Both the position numbers and the translations under genes were made by a program. From Saprospiraceae bacterium (GTDB taxonomy: Bacteria > Bacteroidota > Bacteroidia > Chitinophagales > Saprospiraceae), in assembly GCA_018057925.1 (NCBI GenBank), contig JAGPCT010000005.1, positions 777 to 64,776 of the forward strand: DNA of 64,000 nucleotides, read 5' to 3'. How positions within the stretch are numbered: position 1 is the stretch's first letter; every line of letters starts with the position of its first letter. Shown here piece by piece: positions 9,576 through 21,448 of this stretch. The notes beneath the pieces were generated by a model that was not told the DNA's origin, ran no database searches, and saw nothing but the letters and a program-made list of their open reading frames with translations.

Positions 9576-9587
9576 TAGTCAAATTTT

Positions 9588-9806
9588 TTATTTATATCTA
9601 TATATTATTCTACCCCTCGATAAGTCGTATGGCGACATTTCCACTGAAACTTTATCTCCGGGTAAGATTCGAATATAGTGCATACGCATTTTTCCGGAAA
9701 TGGTTGCCAATATCTGATGATCATTTTCAAGACGTACCCTAAACATAGCGTTTGACAACGCTTCTTCGATTATACCGTCTTGTTTTATAATATCTTGTTT
9801 TGACAT
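9588..9806 (-). CDS. infA: translation initiation factor IF-1
   Basis: 72 aa from the ATG at 9806 ([17 protein letters not shown]...RGRIIYRYK). The track start at 9827 is a TTG that adds 7 residues and is less likely. Confidence 0.93.
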   Translation of the reverse strand: MSKQDIIKQDGIIEEALSNAMFRVRLENDHQILATISGKMRMHYIRILPGDKVSVEMSPYDLSRGRIIYRYK

Positions 9807-9831
9807 ATCCTTTTTTTCGGAGTGCAAATAT

Positions 9832-10653
9832 CTAAATATTTTTGGAAATATTCACTATATTTCCATTATTTTTTATTTCTTCCTCAATTTCAGTGTGATC
9901 TGAAAGAATTTCTCCGCCATCAGACCTCACGGCTACCGTATGTTCGAAGTGAGCGGACGGCTTATTATCTTTCGTTAAAATAGTCCACCGGTCTTTGGCT
10001 TGATATACATCTTTTCGTCCTAAATTAATCATTGGCTCTATTGCAATAGTCCAATTTTCTTCCAACTTCAAGCCATTTCCCTTCTTCCCAAAATTTGGAA
10101 CATCAGGTGGTTCATGTAAATTCTTTCCAATACCATGACCCACTAATTCTCTTACAACCCCATATTTATGCTGCACTTCAGTATATTCCTGTACTGCAAA
10201 GGAAATATCTCCGATTCTGTTACCTACTTTAGCTTGAGCAACGCCTTTATAGAGAGATTCATTGGTTACTTTTAACAACTGAATTACCTCTTCTGCCGCT
10301 GGTTTCAATGCAAATGTATAGGCAGAGTCTCCAAAATAATCATTCAATACAGCTCCGCAATCAATGGATACAATATCTCCTTCTTTCAACTCTTTTTCAT
10401 TGGGAATCCCATGAACAACAGCAGAGTTAATGGAAATACACAAAGATCCCGGGAAGCCATGATATCCTTTAAACGCAGGAATACCACCCATGTCTCTTAT
10501 AACAGTCTCCGCTTCTCTATCAAGATACAATCCGGTTACCCCGGGTTTAATTATCTTGGCAACATGAGCAATAGCTTTAACAACTATTGTACAGCTTTCT
10601 TTTATTTTTGAAATTTCCTCTTCGCTTTTCGGACTAATCCTTTTATTAAACAT
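9832..10653 (-). CDS. map: type I methionine aminopeptidase
   Basis: 273 aa. Metal-ligand pattern visible (VSIDCG, GDSAYT, VGHGIG, IAIEPM, HFEHT). Canonical position after secY. Confidence 0.95.
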   Translation of the reverse strand: MFNKRISPKSEEEISKIKESCTIVVKAIAHVAKIIKPGVTGLYLDREAETVIRDMGGIPAFKGYHGFPGSLCISINSAVVHGIPNEKELKEGDIVSIDCGAVLNDYFGDSAYTFALKPAAEEVIQLLKVTNESLYKGVAQAKVGNRIGDISFAVQEYTEVQHKYGVVRELVGHGIGKNLHEPPDVPNFGKKGNGLKLEENWTIAIEPMINLGRKDVYQAKDRWTILTKDNKPSAHFEHTVAVRSDGGEILSDHTEIEEEIKNNGNIVNISKNI

Positions 10654-10718
10654 TGAATAGGAAATTGTTTTTTATTTTAATAGCAACCAATACTGATTTA
10701 TCAGTAGGATGTAAAGAA

Positions 10719-12083
10719 TTAATATGCTCCAATTTGAATTCCTCCTGATCCACGACCCTGAATTTTTCCGGATTGTACTAATCCATCGTATTTTCTCATC
10801 AACAAATGACTTTCAATCTGAGCCAATGTATCCAAGATAACCGCAACATCAATCAATAAAGATGTTCCTCCGAAGAACATCGCAAATGTAGGGTTGACAC
10901 CAAACATAACAGCAATTGGAGGCAATACCGCAATGATTCCTAAGATAATGGCTCCCGGGAACGTAATTTTAGAAGTAATAGCATCTATATAATCCTCTGT
11001 ATCTTTGCCAGGTTTTACCCCAGGAATATACGCATTAGATCTCTTTAAATATTCTGCATATTGTTGCGGATTCACCAACAAAGCAGTATATACATATGTA
11101 AATAATATAATCAGTATAAAATAAATAAAGTTATAACTAAAGGAGAATGTATCATTTAAAGCACGAATGAAGCTATGTGATGCCATCTCCGGATTGTCAG
11201 AACTTGCAAAATATTGTGCGATTATCGCAGGTAAGAACATCAGTGCTTGAGCAAAGATAATCGGCATTACACCAGAAGCATTGACCTTAATTGGAATATA
11301 ATCTCTATTACCCGCTGCAAGACTACCACCACCTATAGCTTTCTTAGGAAACTGTAATGGAATTTTGCGCACACCTTGTACCACTAATATTGTAAACATG
11401 ATGATGACAAACATTGCTGCCAGTTCAAGGATAAACATTATCAACCCATTGGATGCCATCTGTGCATCGAATTCGAAAACCAAAGCCTGAGGCAAGCGGG
11501 ATAAGATACCCACCATAATCAATATTGAAACACCATTACCGATTCCTTTATCCGTAATCTTTTCACCCAACCACATAGCAAATATGGTACCTGTTGTCAA
11601 GATTAAAATATTGGCACCCCAGAAAATAGACATTGATACATTGGGAGATATGGCACCGACACCTTTCAAGTAAGTCAGATAAGCCCCACCTTGAACTAAA
11701 GTTATCGCAACGGTCAACACACGAGTAATCTGATTTAACCTCTTACGACCGGATTCTCCTTCTTTTTGTTGAAGACGCTGGAAGTATGGAACAGCAAAGC
11801 CTAAAACCTGTATTATAATGGAAGCCGTAATGTAAGGCATGATTCCCAATGCGAGAATTGAAGCCTGATTAAAAGCTCCTCCTGTAAAAACATTTATCAA
11901 ACCGAGTAGGTCATTAGCGCCTCTGTTTTGAGCAACACTAGACAATACATCCGGCATAACTCCAGGCAACACGATAAATGAACCAAGTCTAAAAACTAAA
12001 AGTAATAAAAGAGTATATAATATACGATTCCTTAATTCCTTAATAGACCATATATTCTTTAACGTGTTGATAAACCTTTTCAT
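10719..12083 (-). CDS. secY: preprotein translocase subunit SecY
   Basis: 454 aa polytopic membrane protein (LGIMPYITASII..., ...KYDGLV). Operon position fits. Confidence 0.97.
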   Translation of the reverse strand: MKRFINTLKNIWSIKELRNRILYTLLLLLVFRLGSFIVLPGVMPDVLSSVAQNRGANDLLGLINVFTGGAFNQASILALGIMPYITASIIIQVLGFAVPYFQRLQQKEGESGRKRLNQITRVLTVAITLVQGGAYLTYLKGVGAISPNVSMSIFWGANILILTTGTIFAMWLGEKITDKGIGNGVSILIMVGILSRLPQALVFEFDAQMASNGLIMFILELAAMFVIIMFTILVVQGVRKIPLQFPKKAIGGGSLAAGNRDYIPIKVNASGVMPIIFAQALMFLPAIIAQYFASSDNPEMASHSFIRALNDTFSFSYNFIYFILIILFTYVYTALLVNPQQYAEYLKRSNAYIPGVKPGKDTEDYIDAITSKITFPGAIILGIIAVLPPIAVMFGVNPTFAMFFGGTSLLIDVAVILDTLAQIESHLLMRKYDGLVQSGKIQGRGSGGIQIGAY

Positions 12084-12133
12084 CCTTTAGACAAATATTA
12101 TTTTATTATTCTAAATTGATACAAAATCAATGA

Positions 12134-12580
12134 TTAAATAGTGGTAAAAGTACCTCCTAAGCCGGTAATCTTTTCTTGAGCAGTTTTTGAAGCAGCATGA
12201 GCTGAAACTGTCAAAGATTTAGTCAATTCACCAGTACCTAAAATCTTATATTTTTCGGATTTCTTAATAACTTTTTTAGAAGTCAAGAAATCAAAATCAA
12301 TAGCAGAAACTTTATACATTTCAGCGAGTGCTTCGAGCGTATTTAAATTAATACCAACGTATTCAACACGATTAATATTTTTAAATCCGAACTTAGGAAG
12401 TCTCATTTGAAGTGGCATCTGTCCCCCTTCGTGTGCGCGTTTACTATTAAAACCGGTTCGTGCTTTAGCACCTTTGTGACCCTTGGTAGATGTACCACCA
12501 CGACCACTACCTTGTCCACGAGCAATTCTCTTACTTGATTTATTAGAACCTACTGCCGGTCTCAGATTATTTAATTCCAT
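12134..12580 (-). CDS. rplO: 50S ribosomal protein L15
   Basis: MELNNLRPAVGSNKSSKRIARGQGSGRGGTSTKGHKG... Confidence 0.96.
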   Translation of the reverse strand: MELNNLRPAVGSNKSSKRIARGQGSGRGGTSTKGHKGAKARTGFNSKRAHEGGQMPLQMRLPKFGFKNINRVEYVGINLNTLEALAEMYKVSAIDFDFLTSKKVIKKSEKYKILGTGELTKSLTVSAHAASKTAQEKITGLGGTFTTI

Positions 12581-12608
12581 CAGAATATATCTTAAATTAA
12601 TTCAAAGA

Positions 12609-12791
12609 TTATTTTACTTCTTCTACTACAACAAGGTGAGCCACAGCTTGGATCATACCTCTCAAAGCAGGAGAATCATTATGTTCAACAGATCGGTACA
12701 CTTTTTTTATACCCAAGGCTTCCATGGTTGCCTTTTGTCGTTTATTCCGATCGATTGTACTTTTTATTTGCGTTATCTTTATTCGTCCCAT
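12609..12791 (-). CDS. rpmD: 50S ribosomal protein L30
   Basis: 60 aa. MGRIKITQIKSTIDRNKRQKATMEALGI... Confidence 0.95.
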   Translation of the reverse strand: MGRIKITQIKSTIDRNKRQKATMEALGIKKVYRSVEHNDSPALRGMIQAVAHLVVVEEVK

Positions 12792-12803
12792 GACTAATTT
12801 TTT

Positions 12804-13328
12804 TTAAAATTCTCCGGTAAACATTTCATTCAAGGTGATGCCTCTTTCTTGAGCAACAGCGTAAGGGTCTCTCAATCTAGACAATGCATCAATAGTAGCT
12901 TTCACTACGTTATGTGGGTTGGAGCTTCCTTGTGATTTGGCAAGTACGTTGTGTACTCCGGCTGTTTCTAGAACTGCACGCATCGCACCACCGGCTATAA
13001 CTCCTGTACCATCAGCAGCTGGTTTAATAAGGACTTTACCTGCGCCATATTTACCTAACTGTGAATGAGGAACCGTTCCCTTTAATATTGGGAAGCTTAT
13101 CAGATTCTTTTTAGCATCATCAATTGCTTTGGCGATGGCATCAGCTACTTCTCTTGCTTTACCTAATCCATAACCGACAGTGCCATGACCGTCACCCACT
13201 ACCACAATAGCGGCAAAGCTAAATGTACGTCCCCCTTTTGTTACTTTAGCAACTCGGTTAACGGCTACTAGCTTATCTTTCAATTCAGCGTCAACTGGAC
13301 GCATTTTATTATGTGGTTGTTTTGCCAT
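12804..13328 (-). CDS. rpsE: 30S ribosomal protein S5
   Basis: ...[38 protein letters not shown]... Confidence 0.97.
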   Translation of the reverse strand: MAKQPHNKMRPVDAELKDKLVAVNRVAKVTKGGRTFSFAAIVVVGDGHGTVGYGLGKAREVADAIAKAIDDAKKNLISFPILKGTVPHSQLGKYGAGKVLIKPAADGTGVIAGGAMRAVLETAGVHNVLAKSQGSSNPHNVVKATIDALSRLRDPYAVAQERGITLNEMFTGEF

Positions 13329-13346
13329 TATTTTATTCTCTAAAAT

Positions 13347-13697
13347 TTAAAACTTTAATCCGGATTCACGTGCGCTATCAGCCAATGCCTTCACTCTACC
13401 GTGGTAAAGATAACCGCTACGGTCAAATACAACAGAATCAATATTTTTATCTTTTGCCTTTTCAGCAATTAATTTACCTACAGCTTTTGCTTGTTCCACC
13501 TTATTCCCGGATGCATTGTCCAAAAGTAAGGTTGATGCAGCAGTCACCACGTTACCTGTAGTATCGTCAACCAATTGCGCATATATTCCTTTATTGCTAC
13601 GGAATACGGTCAAACGAGGGCGTTCTGTCGATCCCTGAACTTTTTTTCTAATTCTAAAGTGAATTCTTTGTCTAGATTCCTCTTTTGTCTTTTTCAT
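13347..13697 (-). CDS. rplR: 50S ribosomal protein L18
   Basis: ...[20 protein letters not shown]...[22 protein letters not shown]. Confidence 0.97.
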   Translation of the reverse strand: MKKTKEESRQRIHFRIRKKVQGSTERPRLTVFRSNKGIYAQLVDDTTGNVVTAASTLLLDNASGNKVEQAKAVGKLIAEKAKDKNIDSVVFDRSGYLYHGRVKALADSARESGLKF

Positions 13698-13726
13698 ATT
13701 ACTTAAAATAGTATATTATAAAGAAA

Positions 13727-14284
13727 TTATTTTTTACCGGCAGTTTTTCCTGCTTTTCTTCTTAGAACTTCGCCAGCAAATCTGATACCTTTACCTTTGT
13801 ATGGTTCTGGCTTTTTAAATGATCTGATTTTGGCTGCGACTTGTCCAATTAATTGTTTATCAAAACTGGATAGAATAATAGTTGGAGGTGAGCCTTTTTC
13901 GTTTTTTGTTTCAACCTTCACTTCATCTGGTATATAAAACATAATAGGGTGAGAGAATCCAAGGGCCAATTCCAACAATTGACCAGTATTGCTTGCTCTA
14001 AAACCTACTCCGATCAATTCCATTGTTTTAGTAAAACCGGAGGAAACGCCTTCAACCATACCATTTAATAATGCCCGGCTAAGTCCGTGAACAGAACGAT
14101 GACGTTTTGAATCTGTTGGTCTTGATACTGTCAATGTACCATCTTCCAAACTAATAGTGATATCCGAATCGAATTTTTTAACCAACGACCCTTTAGGACC
14201 TTTCACTGAAACAACATTAGACTTATCTATTTTAAACTCTACACCTGATGGAACTGAGATGGGAGCTTTACCTATTCTTGACAT
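13727..14284 (-). CDS. rplF: 50S ribosomal protein L6
   Basis: MSRIGKAPISVPSGVEFKID... Confidence 0.97.
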   Translation of the reverse strand: MSRIGKAPISVPSGVEFKIDKSNVVSVKGPKGSLVKKFDSDITISLEDGTLTVSRPTDSKRHRSVHGLSRALLNGMVEGVSSGFTKTMELIGVGFRASNTGQLLELALGFSHPIMFYIPDEVKVETKNEKGSPPTIILSSFDKQLIGQVAAKIRSFKKPEPYKGKGIRFAGEVLRRKAGKTAGKK

Positions 14285-14313
14285 AATAATTTAGTTCTTA
14301 ACTTTCAAATAAT

Positions 14314-14718
14314 TTAGCTAATAAAGCAAATAACTTCTCCGCCAACATTCATGGCTCTTGCTTGTTTGTCAGTCAAAAGTCCCTTTGATGTAGAAACAAT
14401 AGCAATTCCTAAACCATTGATAACACGTGGTAGTTCTTCGCAATGGAAATATTGTCGAAGACCCGGGCGGCTAACGCGCTTCAACTCCCGTATTACGGGT
14501 TTCTTAGTCTGAGCATTATACTTCAAAGCAATCTTAATGACGCCTTGTTTGCCTTCAGCATCGTCAAACATATACTTCAGGATATAGCCATTTTGGTATA
14601 GAATTTCAGTAATTCCTTTTTTCATATTAGATGCAGGAATTTCAACAATTCTATGTCCAGCTTGTTGAGCATTTCTGATTCTGGTGAGATAATCTGCTAT
14701 AGGATCATTTAGAGCCAT
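14314..14718 (-). CDS. rpsH: 30S ribosomal protein S8
   Basis: [22 protein letters not shown]... Confidence 0.97.
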   Translation of the reverse strand: MALNDPIADYLTRIRNAQQAGHRIVEIPASNMKKGITEILYQNGYILKYMFDDAEGKQGVIKIALKYNAQTKKPVIRELKRVSRPGLRQYFHCEELPRVINGLGIAIVSTSKGLLTDKQARAMNVGGEVICFIS

Positions 14719-14761
14719 TTTCTAAAGTTTAATTTGCTTTTAAATAAATTGTTCAATAATA

Positions 14762-15031
14762 TTACCAAGAAGATTTTGTTATTCCTGGAATTTTTCCGTC
14801 GAGTGCCATTTTTCTAAACATCACACGGCAAATTCCGAAATCTCTCATATAACCTTTTGGACGACCGGTCAATTTACATCTATTGTGTAATCTAATCGAA
14901 TTGGAATTACGTGGTAATTTATCCAATTCATCGTAGTTACCGGCTTCTTTCAGCTGTTTTCTTTTTTCAGCATATTTAGCAACCATGCGTTCTCTCTTTT
15001 TTTCACGCGCGATTATTGATTTTCTTGCCAT
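14762..15031 (-). CDS. rpsN: 30S ribosomal protein S14 (long, non-zinc-ribbon form)
   Basis: 89 aa. [20 protein letters not shown]...ITKSSW. No CxxC pairs. Confidence 0.95.
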   Translation of the reverse strand: MARKSIIAREKKRERMVAKYAEKRKQLKEAGNYDELDKLPRNSNSIRLHNRCKLTGRPKGYMRDFGICRVMFRKMALDGKIPGITKSSW

Positions 15032-15044
15032 CTGGAAATATTAT

Positions 15045-15605
15045 TTAGCTATTTTTTTGATTTTTAAAAGGAAGGCCAAGTGCTGACAATAAAGCATGAG
15101 CTTCTTTATCGGTTTTGGCTGTGGTAACGAATGTAATATTCATACCGAGTACCTTTGCTATTTTGTCTATATTGATTTCGGGAAAAATGATTTGTTCCGT
15201 GATGCCCATAGAGTAATTACCTCTACCGTCAAAGCTTTTATCATTAATACCTTTAAAGTCGCGTACTCGAGGAAGGGAAACAGAGATGAATCTATCTAAA
15301 AATTCATACATACGTTCATTTCTCAGGGTAACACGGATACCGATCGGCATTCCTTCTCTCAATTTAAAGTTAGAGACAGACTTGGTTGCTTTTGTTATAA
15401 CAGCCTTCTGACCGGCAATAGTAGTAAGATCAACCAATGCGTTATCAATTACCTTCTTATCGGCAACGGCATCACCAAGACCTTGATTGATGCATATTTT
15501 CTCAAGGCGAGGCACCTCCATGATAGAAGTATATTTGAATTCTTCCATCAATTTAGGGACAACTTCATCCTTATATTTAGTTTTATATCTAGGAATGTAA
15601 CTCAT
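15045..15605 (-). CDS. rplE: 50S ribosomal protein L5
   Basis: ...[14 protein letters not shown]... Confidence 0.97.
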   Translation of the reverse strand: MSYIPRYKTKYKDEVVPKLMEEFKYTSIMEVPRLEKICINQGLGDAVADKKVIDNALVDLTTIAGQKAVITKATKSVSNFKLREGMPIGIRVTLRNERMYEFLDRFISVSLPRVRDFKGINDKSFDGRGNYSMGITEQIIFPEINIDKIAKVLGMNITFVTTAKTDKEAHALLSALGLPFKNQKNS

Positions 15606-15952
15606 TATTTAACAATTTCTCCTGATTTTTTAAAATATCTTACCAACTTACCGTTATCTTCTTTGCGTCCGATGCGGCTAGGATTGCCTTTTTTATCAAC
15701 AAGCATCAAATTAGAAAGGTGAATAGGCATTTCGATTTCTTGGATACCTCCCGGTTGATCTTGTTGTGGTTTAGTGTGCTTTTTAGCTAGGTTGCGACCT
15801 TCGACAACAGCTCTATTCTGGCTTACAAGAACTTTAGAAACAGTACCTTTATTGCCTTTTTCGCTACCTGCGATAATAATCACCTCATCACCTTTTTTAA
15901 TATGCAACTTAGGTGCGAAGCGTTTTTGATTAGAATTCGATTTTTTTCTCAT
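15605..15952 (-). CDS. rplX: 50S ribosomal protein L24
   Basis: ...[24 protein letters not shown]... Overlaps rplE by 1 nt. Confidence 0.96.
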   Translation of the reverse strand: MRKKSNSNQKRFAPKLHIKKGDEVIIIAGSEKGNKGTVSKVLVSQNRAVVEGRNLAKKHTKPQQDQPGGIQEIEMPIHLSNLMLVDKKGNPSRIGRKEDNGKLVRYFKKSGEIVK

Positions 15953-15962
15953 GACTTACGAT

Positions 15963-16328
15963 TTAAAGAACTTCTGGAGCCAATGAAACAATTCTCATAT
16001 AATCTTTATCCCTTAATTCTCTAGCGACGGGGCCAAAGATACGAGTACCACGGGGTTCATCCTGATTGTTCAACAAGACAACAGCGTTGTCGTCGAAGCG
16101 GATATATGACCCGTCGGGTCTTCTAATTTCTTTTTTAGTACGAACAATAACTGCTTTGGATACTGTTCCTTTTTTTATACCACCCGGATTCGCATGTTTC
16201 ACTGAAACGACGATTTTATCGCCGATAGATGCATAGCGTCGAGTAGATCCACCCAATACATGGATGCACAACACTTCTTTTGCTCCGCTATTATCTGCTA
16301 CTCTGAGTCTTGATTCTGTCTGTATCAT
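15963..16328 (-). CDS. rplN: 50S ribosomal protein L14
   Basis: [27 protein letters not shown]... Confidence 0.98.
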   Translation of the reverse strand: MIQTESRLRVADNSGAKEVLCIHVLGGSTRRYASIGDKIVVSVKHANPGGIKKGTVSKAVIVRTKKEIRRPDGSYIRFDDNAVVLLNNQDEPRGTRIFGPVARELRDKDYMRIVSLAPEVL

Positions 16329-16358
16329 GACAAATAAAGATTATTCCTGATTATTAAA

Positions 16359-16622
16359 TTACTTCGCTTTTTCGATAATTTCCACCAAACGCCATCTTTT
16401 TATCTTAGACAACGGTCTAGTTTCCATGATTCTGACCAAGTCACCGATTTGGCATTCGTTTTTCTCATCGTGTGCCATGAATGAGGTTGACTTTTTCATG
16501 ATTTTACCATATAGAGGGTGCTTGATTCTTCTTTCCACCTTAACGGATATAGACTTATCCATCTTGTTGGAAGTAACCTTACCTGTCCTTTCTTTTCTGG
16601 CTTTTCTTACAACTGGTTCCAT
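16359..16622 (-). CDS. rpsQ: 30S ribosomal protein S17
   Basis: 87 aa from the ATG at 16622 ([16 protein letters not shown]...). The track start at 16664 is a TTG abutting the rpmC stop and is less likely. Confidence 0.92.
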   Translation of the reverse strand: MEPVVRKARKERTGKVTSNKMDKSISVKVERRIKHPLYGKIMKKSTSFMAHDEKNECQIGDLVRIMETRPLSKIKRWRLVEIIEKAK

Positions 16623-16664
16623 ATTTACGGATACTTTATTATGATTAACTATTGGTGGATACAA

Positions 16665-16922
16665 TTATTTTCTTCTACGAAATCTTAATTTAGATCTTTT
16701 AGCCAATTGTCCTTCAGACATTTGAGCTAATTCTCTGCTTCGTAATTCTGTTTGAACCCTGGCAATAGTTTTCTTTGCTTCTCGGATTTCTTTAGGTGAC
16801 GCAGTGCCTGAAATAGTAGCATCGAATCTAGTTTTTGTCAAATCCAATTGGGTTTGAGCAAGTTTTTCTGTCAAATCAGCGTCAGCCAAACTTTGAATTT
16901 CCTTATATTCTTTATTTCCCAT
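16665..16922 (-). CDS. rpmC: 50S ribosomal protein L29 (with basic C-terminal extension)
   Basis: 85 aa. Helical and Lys/Arg/Glu-rich. Sits between rplP and rpsQ. Confidence 0.9.
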   Translation of the reverse strand: MGNKEYKEIQSLADADLTEKLAQTQLDLTKTRFDATISGTASPKEIREAKKTIARVQTELRSRELAQMSEGQLAKRSKLRFRRRK

Positions 16923-16942
16923 GATTATGTTATGGTTTCGAA

Positions 16943-17365
16943 TTATGCAATACGAATATCAGTTCTTAAAATTGTTTTAGTCAATACCGGCAATTTTTGT
17001 GCTGCCAAGCGGAAGGCTTCAGTAGCAACAGATTCCGGAACGCCATCCATTTCAAAAAGGATTCTACCAGGTTTAATTACAGCAACATAATGATCTACCG
17101 GACCCTTACCCTTACCCATACGAACTTCCAATGGTTTCTTAGTGATAGGCTTATCAGGGAAAATTCTGATCCACACTTTACCTTCTCTTTTCATATAACG
17201 GGTCATGGCAATCCTTGCAGATTCAATCTGGCGTGCAGTAAGTCGTCCACCAGTTACGGCTTTCAAAGCTACTGACCCGAAAGATATCGTACTACCTTTA
17301 TGAGCAACCCCTTTCGGGTTCATTTTATGTTGCTTTCTATATTTTGTTCTTTTTGGTTGTAACAT
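16943..17365 (-). CDS. rplP: 50S ribosomal protein L16
   Basis: [14 protein letters not shown]... Confidence 0.98.
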   Translation of the reverse strand: MLQPKRTKYRKQHKMNPKGVAHKGSTISFGSVALKAVTGGRLTARQIESARIAMTRYMKREGKVWIRIFPDKPITKKPLEVRMGKGKGPVDHYVAVIKPGRILFEMDGVPESVATEAFRLAAQKLPVLTKTILRTDIRIA

Positions 17366-17430
17366 GGTACGTCTTTCTTTATAATTCGCTGATTAAAAGC
17401 TATTTGTATGTATATTCCTCTAAAGAGGTG

Positions 17431-17438
17431 CAAAGATA
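17431..17438 (-). promoter_or_regulatory. candidate internal -7 promoter box (TATCTTTG on minus strand)
   Basis: TAnnTTTG match inside the unusually long 89-nt rpsC-rplP spacer. Lies 65 nt upstream of the rplP ATG. Confidence 0.25.
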
Positions 17439-17454
17439 CATCAAATAAATTTAA

Positions 17455-18210
17455 TTATTGTCTTTTAGATTTAAAATTTCGATTACCTCCTCTTCTATCG
17501 CCTCTATTTCCACCTTTTTCATTTCGTCCACCTGCTTGTGTATTTGCTTTTTTCTCTTCAGATTGTAGGGGCATTATTTCTCTTTTTCCAAAGACTTCGC
17601 CCTTACAAATCCATACTTTGATACCTATCAGGCCATAGACAGTTTCAGCTACGGAGATACAATAATCAATATCCGCACGGAATGTATGAAGAGGTGTACG
17701 ACCTTCTTTATATTCTTCAGATCGAGCCATTTCAGCGCCGTTGAGTCTTCCGGACAATCTAACCTTAATTCCTTCCGCTCCGGCTCTCATTGTAGATTGA
17801 ATTGCCATTTTGGTAGCTCTACGATAATTGATACGAGATTCGATTTGTTTTGCGATCGTTTCACCGACGATTGCCGCATCTAATTCCGGTTTGCGAATTT
17901 CGTGAATATTAATTTGAACGTCTTTACCGGTCAATTTTTTCAATTCTTCGCGGATGCGATCAACTTCTTGGCCGCCTTTACCGATAATAATACCTGGTCG
18001 AGAAGTATGAATCGTAACCGTTATTCTCTTAAGCGTTCTTTCGATAGCTATTTTAGCGATTCCACCTTTTGGTATACGAGCTCTCATATAGTTTCTGATG
18101 TGTTCATCTTCGACTACTTTAGCGGCCATATCTTTGCCACCGAACCAGTTAGAATCCCATCCTCTGATGATTCCTAATCTATTACCTACTGGACTTGTCT
18201 TTTGACCCAT
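17455..18210 (-). CDS. rpsC: 30S ribosomal protein S3 with Arg/Gly-rich C-terminal tail
   Basis: [23 protein letters not shown]... Tail is [25 protein letters not shown]. Confidence 0.97.
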   Translation of the reverse strand: MGQKTSPVGNRLGIIRGWDSNWFGGKDMAAKVVEDEHIRNYMRARIPKGGIAKIAIERTLKRITVTIHTSRPGIIIGKGGQEVDRIREELKKLTGKDVQINIHEIRKPELDAAIVGETIAKQIESRINYRRATKMAIQSTMRAGAEGIKVRLSGRLNGAEMARSEEYKEGRTPLHTFRADIDYCISVAETVYGLIGIKVWICKGEVFGKREIMPLQSEEKKANTQAGGRNEKGGNRGDRRGGNRNFKSKRQ

Positions 18211-18241
18211 GAAAATGGTTATTTATAATTAAATGATGGTA

Positions 18242-18601
18242 TTAATTTTCTACTGATACTTTGCTATCGATAACGATAGTCAAGTGACAGGATCTTTTTC
18301 TGATTCTATGAGCTCTACCGTGTGGGGCTGGTTGGAATCTTTTCAACATGCCTGCTCCATCCACAAATGCAGTCTTAACATATAATCCATGGCTATCGAC
18401 GCCTGACTCTATACCTGACTTTTGTTCCCAGTTAGCTATAGCTGACAATAGTGTCTTGTGGACAAAATGTGCTGCTGACCGGGGAGTATGTTTCAGGATT
18501 GCAAGAGCTTGTCCTACATTTTTTCCTCTTACCATATCAACGACCAAGCGCATCTTCCGCTCTGAACCTTTGATATTTCGATATTTAGCTTGTGCTTCCA
18601 T
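18242..18601 (-). CDS. rplV: 50S ribosomal protein L22
   Basis: ...GSERKMRLVVDMVRGKNVGQALAIL... Confidence 0.96.
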   Translation of the reverse strand: MEAQAKYRNIKGSERKMRLVVDMVRGKNVGQALAILKHTPRSAAHFVHKTLLSAIANWEQKSGIESGVDSHGLYVKTAFVDGAGMLKRFQPAPHGRAHRIRKRSCHLTIVIDSKVSVEN

Positions 18602-18640
18602 TGTTTTATGATTTAGAAAAGCCTACTTTCTATTTAACAA

Positions 18641-18907
18641 TTATTTCTTTTTACCTCCGTGACCTCTGAAGTTACGAGTCGGAGAAAATTCTCCTAATTT
18701 GTGTCCCACCATATTTTCTGTTACAAAAACAGGAACAAAAGTTTTACCGTTATGTACTGCTATGGTTTCACCTACCATATCAGGTATAATCATTGAAGCG
18801 CGTGACCAAGTTTTGATCACTGACTTTTTAGTTGATTCTTTTGCCTTTGCAATTTTTGCAAGTAGGGCGTAGTGTACATAAGGACCTTTCTTTAACGATC
18901 TAGCCAT
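18641..18907 (-). CDS. rpsS: 30S ribosomal protein S19
   Basis: [11 protein letters not shown]...[32 protein letters not shown]. Confidence 0.98.
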   Translation of the reverse strand: MARSLKKGPYVHYALLAKIAKAKESTKKSVIKTWSRASMIIPDMVGETIAVHNGKTFVPVFVTENMVGHKLGEFSPTRNFRGHGGKKK

Positions 18908-18933
18908 AATGCTAATATTTCAGATTTCGGTTA

Positions 18934-19761
18934 TTATTTAGATTTTCGTCTTGAAATAATCAAAGCGGAGCTTTTCTTATTGACATTTCTTGTTTTTTGG
19001 CCTTTCGCCATGATTCCGGTACGAGAGATTGGATGTCCTCCTGATGCTCTACCTTCACCACCACCCATCGGGTGATCTACCGGGTTCATTGCAACACCTC
19101 TTACACGTGGTCTTCTACCTTTCCAAACCTTACGACCTGCTTTTCCTAATACAGTTAAGCTATGATCTTGATTGGATGCTATTCCGATTGTTGCACGACA
19201 TGTTAATAATATTCTTCTTATTTCTCCGGAAGGCAACTTTATCACTGCATATTTTTCTTCTTTTCCAACCATCACAGCATAAGAGCCTGCGCTTCTTGCC
19301 ATAGCGGCACCTTTACCAGGTTGCATCTCAATGGCGTGAATTTCAGCACCCAGAGGCACGTCTTTCAATGCCATAGCATTACCCGGTTCTATTGCTACAC
19401 CTTTACCACTGATAACGGTGGAACCAACAGTCAAAGATTTTGGGGCGATGATATATCTTTTTTCACCGTCGGCATAATTCAATAGTGCGATAAATGCAGT
19501 TCTATTCGGATCATACTCAATAGTTGCCACTTTAGCTGGCACACCATCCTTATTTCTTTTAAAATCAATGATACGATACTTCCTCTTATGTCCACCACCT
19601 CTTTGTCTCATCGTCATCTTACCATCATGGTTACGACCGCCTGACTTCTTGAGGTCAGCAGTCAACGACTTTTCAGGAGTATCAGAAGTGATTTCTGCAT
19701 AAGCATTCCCAATTCTGTATCTTGTACCCGGTGTAATTGGATTATATTTCTTAAGTGCCAT
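18934..19761 (-). CDS. rplB: 50S ribosomal protein L2
   Basis: [16 protein letters not shown]...[17 protein letters not shown]. Confidence 0.98.
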   Translation of the reverse strand: MALKKYNPITPGTRYRIGNAYAEITSDTPEKSLTADLKKSGGRNHDGKMTMRQRGGGHKRKYRIIDFKRNKDGVPAKVATIEYDPNRTAFIALLNYADGEKRYIIAPKSLTVGSTVISGKGVAIEPGNAMALKDVPLGAEIHAIEMQPGKGAAMARSAGSYAVMVGKEEKYAVIKLPSGEIRRILLTCRATIGIASNQDHSLTVLGKAGRKVWKGRRPRVRGVAMNPVDHPMGGGEGRASGGHPISRTGIMAKGQKTRNVNKKSSALIISRRKSK

Positions 19762-19793
19762 AGTAGCTACCGTTTAATAATTTAAATTAGGGT

Positions 19794-20096
19794 TTATTCT
19801 TCGTTACTTCCTTGGAAAATATCAATTGTTTCGCCAGGAGCAAGTGTAACAACAGCCTTTTTGTACGCAGATTTAACACCTCTCATAAGACCTGACCGTC
19901 CGTTACGAGTAATAACTTTAACCGGCATAACAAATGTATTGACGGATGCAACGTTGACGTTGTACATTTTTTCAACAGCCTTACCTATCTCAATTTTGTT
20001 GGCTTTCTTAGCTACAACGAAGGTATATTTTCCAAGATTAGACAGGTCATTGGCCTTTTCAGTAATAATCGGTCTAACTAATATATTGTGAATCAT
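19794..20096 (-). CDS. rplW: 50S ribosomal protein L23
   Basis: ...ILVRPIITEKAND... 100 aa. Confidence 0.95.
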   Translation of the reverse strand: MIHNILVRPIITEKANDLSNLGKYTFVVAKKANKIEIGKAVEKMYNVNVASVNTFVMPVKVITRNGRSGLMRGVKSAYKKAVVTLAPGETIDIFQGSNEE

Positions 20097-20115
20097 GATT
20101 ATGCTTTATTTAAGT

Positions 20116-20739
20116 TTAAGCAATGGATTTTACTATTTTTTCAACTGCTCCTTCAAATAATATGACTGAATCAGCTTTCAATAGATTATATACATTCAAT
20201 TCATCGGCGAAAGTAACATCTGTTCTCTCCAGGTTACGACCTGACAAATAAACATTCTTGTTCAATTCACTAGTAACGAGTAGCGGTTTTCTAGTTGCTT
20301 TCAAAGCGCTGAAAATACCTACTAATTCTTTAGTCTTTGGTGCATCAAAGGTAAAATCTTCTACTATGATGACTTTGTTGTTGAGCAACTTATCGACAAG
20401 AGCTGAACGGCGAGCTACTTTTTTCACTTTACGGTTCAAGTCCTGGCTATAGTTACGTGGGCGAGGTCCGTGAATACGTGCTCCACCATGCAAAACACCT
20501 GACTTAATGCTACCTTTACGTGCACCACCGGTACCTTTTTGTTTGTGAAGTTTACGAGTAGAACCGGAAAGTTCACTACGTTCTTTCGCACTATGAGTAC
20601 CTTGGCGTTGATTAGCCAAATACGCTTTTACTGCAAGATACACTGCATGTTCGCTTGGTGCTTCACCAAGTAACTCTGCTGAGAATTCAAATGAGCGTCC
20701 TGTTGACTCTCCTGTCTTAGTTAATATATCCAGTTTCAT
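20116..20739 (-). CDS. rplD: 50S ribosomal protein L4
   Basis: ...[34 protein letters not shown]... Confidence 0.97.
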   Translation of the reverse strand: MKLDILTKTGESTGRSFEFSAELLGEAPSEHAVYLAVKAYLANQRQGTHSAKERSELSGSTRKLHKQKGTGGARKGSIKSGVLHGGARIHGPRPRNYSQDLNRKVKKVARRSALVDKLLNNKVIIVEDFTFDAPKTKELVGIFSALKATRKPLLVTSELNKNVYLSGRNLERTDVTFADELNVYNLLKADSVILFEGAVEKIVKSIA

Positions 20740-21365
20740 TTCTTAAGACTTTCAATGATTACGACAGAACCTTTATGTCCGGGTATAGCTCCTTTAACGA
20801 GTACCAGATTCTGTTCAGAAAATATTTTCAAAACCTTCAGGTTTTTGATCTTAACATTAGTGTTACCAGTTTGACCACCCATACGCATACCCTTGAAAAC
20901 TTTTGAAGGGTAAGAGGATGCGCCTACGGAACCGGGAGCTCTTAATCTGTTATGCTGACCGTGGGTAGCCTGACCTACTCCGCTAAATCCGTGACGTTTT
21001 ACAACACCTTGGAAACCTTTTCCTTTAGTCAATCCGAGAATATCTACTTTATCTCCTTCGGCGAGTACATCGGCAATTTCGATTGTTTCACCCAAAGATT
21101 TAGCTAAGTCAGAATCTCGTAATTCAACCACTGTCTTAAGAGGATCGATTCCTGCTTTAGAAAAGTGGCCGGTCAATTGCTTAGAAACACTTGAAGCTTT
21201 GACGTCACCAAATGCTATCTGCAATGCCTTGTAACCATCCGTATCGACATTCTTGACTTGTGTAACTACACAAGGTCCAGCTTCAATGACTGTACAAGCA
21301 ACATAGTTGCCATTGGAGTCAAACACACTGGTCATGCCTAATTTCTTTCCAATTATTCCGTTCAC
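20736..21365 (-). CDS. rplC: 50S ribosomal protein L3
   Basis: ...[13 protein letters not shown]...[12 protein letters not shown]... A GTG at 21365 gives the usual short N-terminus ([12 protein letters not shown]). The track start at 21401 is a TTG 12 codons upstream. The start is uncertain. Confidence 0.93.
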   Translation of the reverse strand: MNGIIGKKLGMTSVFDSNGNYVACTVIEAGPCVVTQVKNVDTDGYKALQIAFGDVKASSVSKQLTGHFSKAGIDPLKTVVELRDSDLAKSLGETIEIADVLAEGDKVDILGLTKGKGFQGVVKRHGFSGVGQATHGQHNRLRAPGSVGASSYPSKVFKGMRMGGQTGNTNVKIKNLKVLKIFSEQNLVLVKGAIPGHKGSVVIIESLKK

Positions 21366-21448
21366 GACAATATTATTTAATAAGGTACACAAGGATGCCA
21401 ATCCTCAATGCTACCGCTTTATTTTATTAAAAAATGAATTTATCCTTA

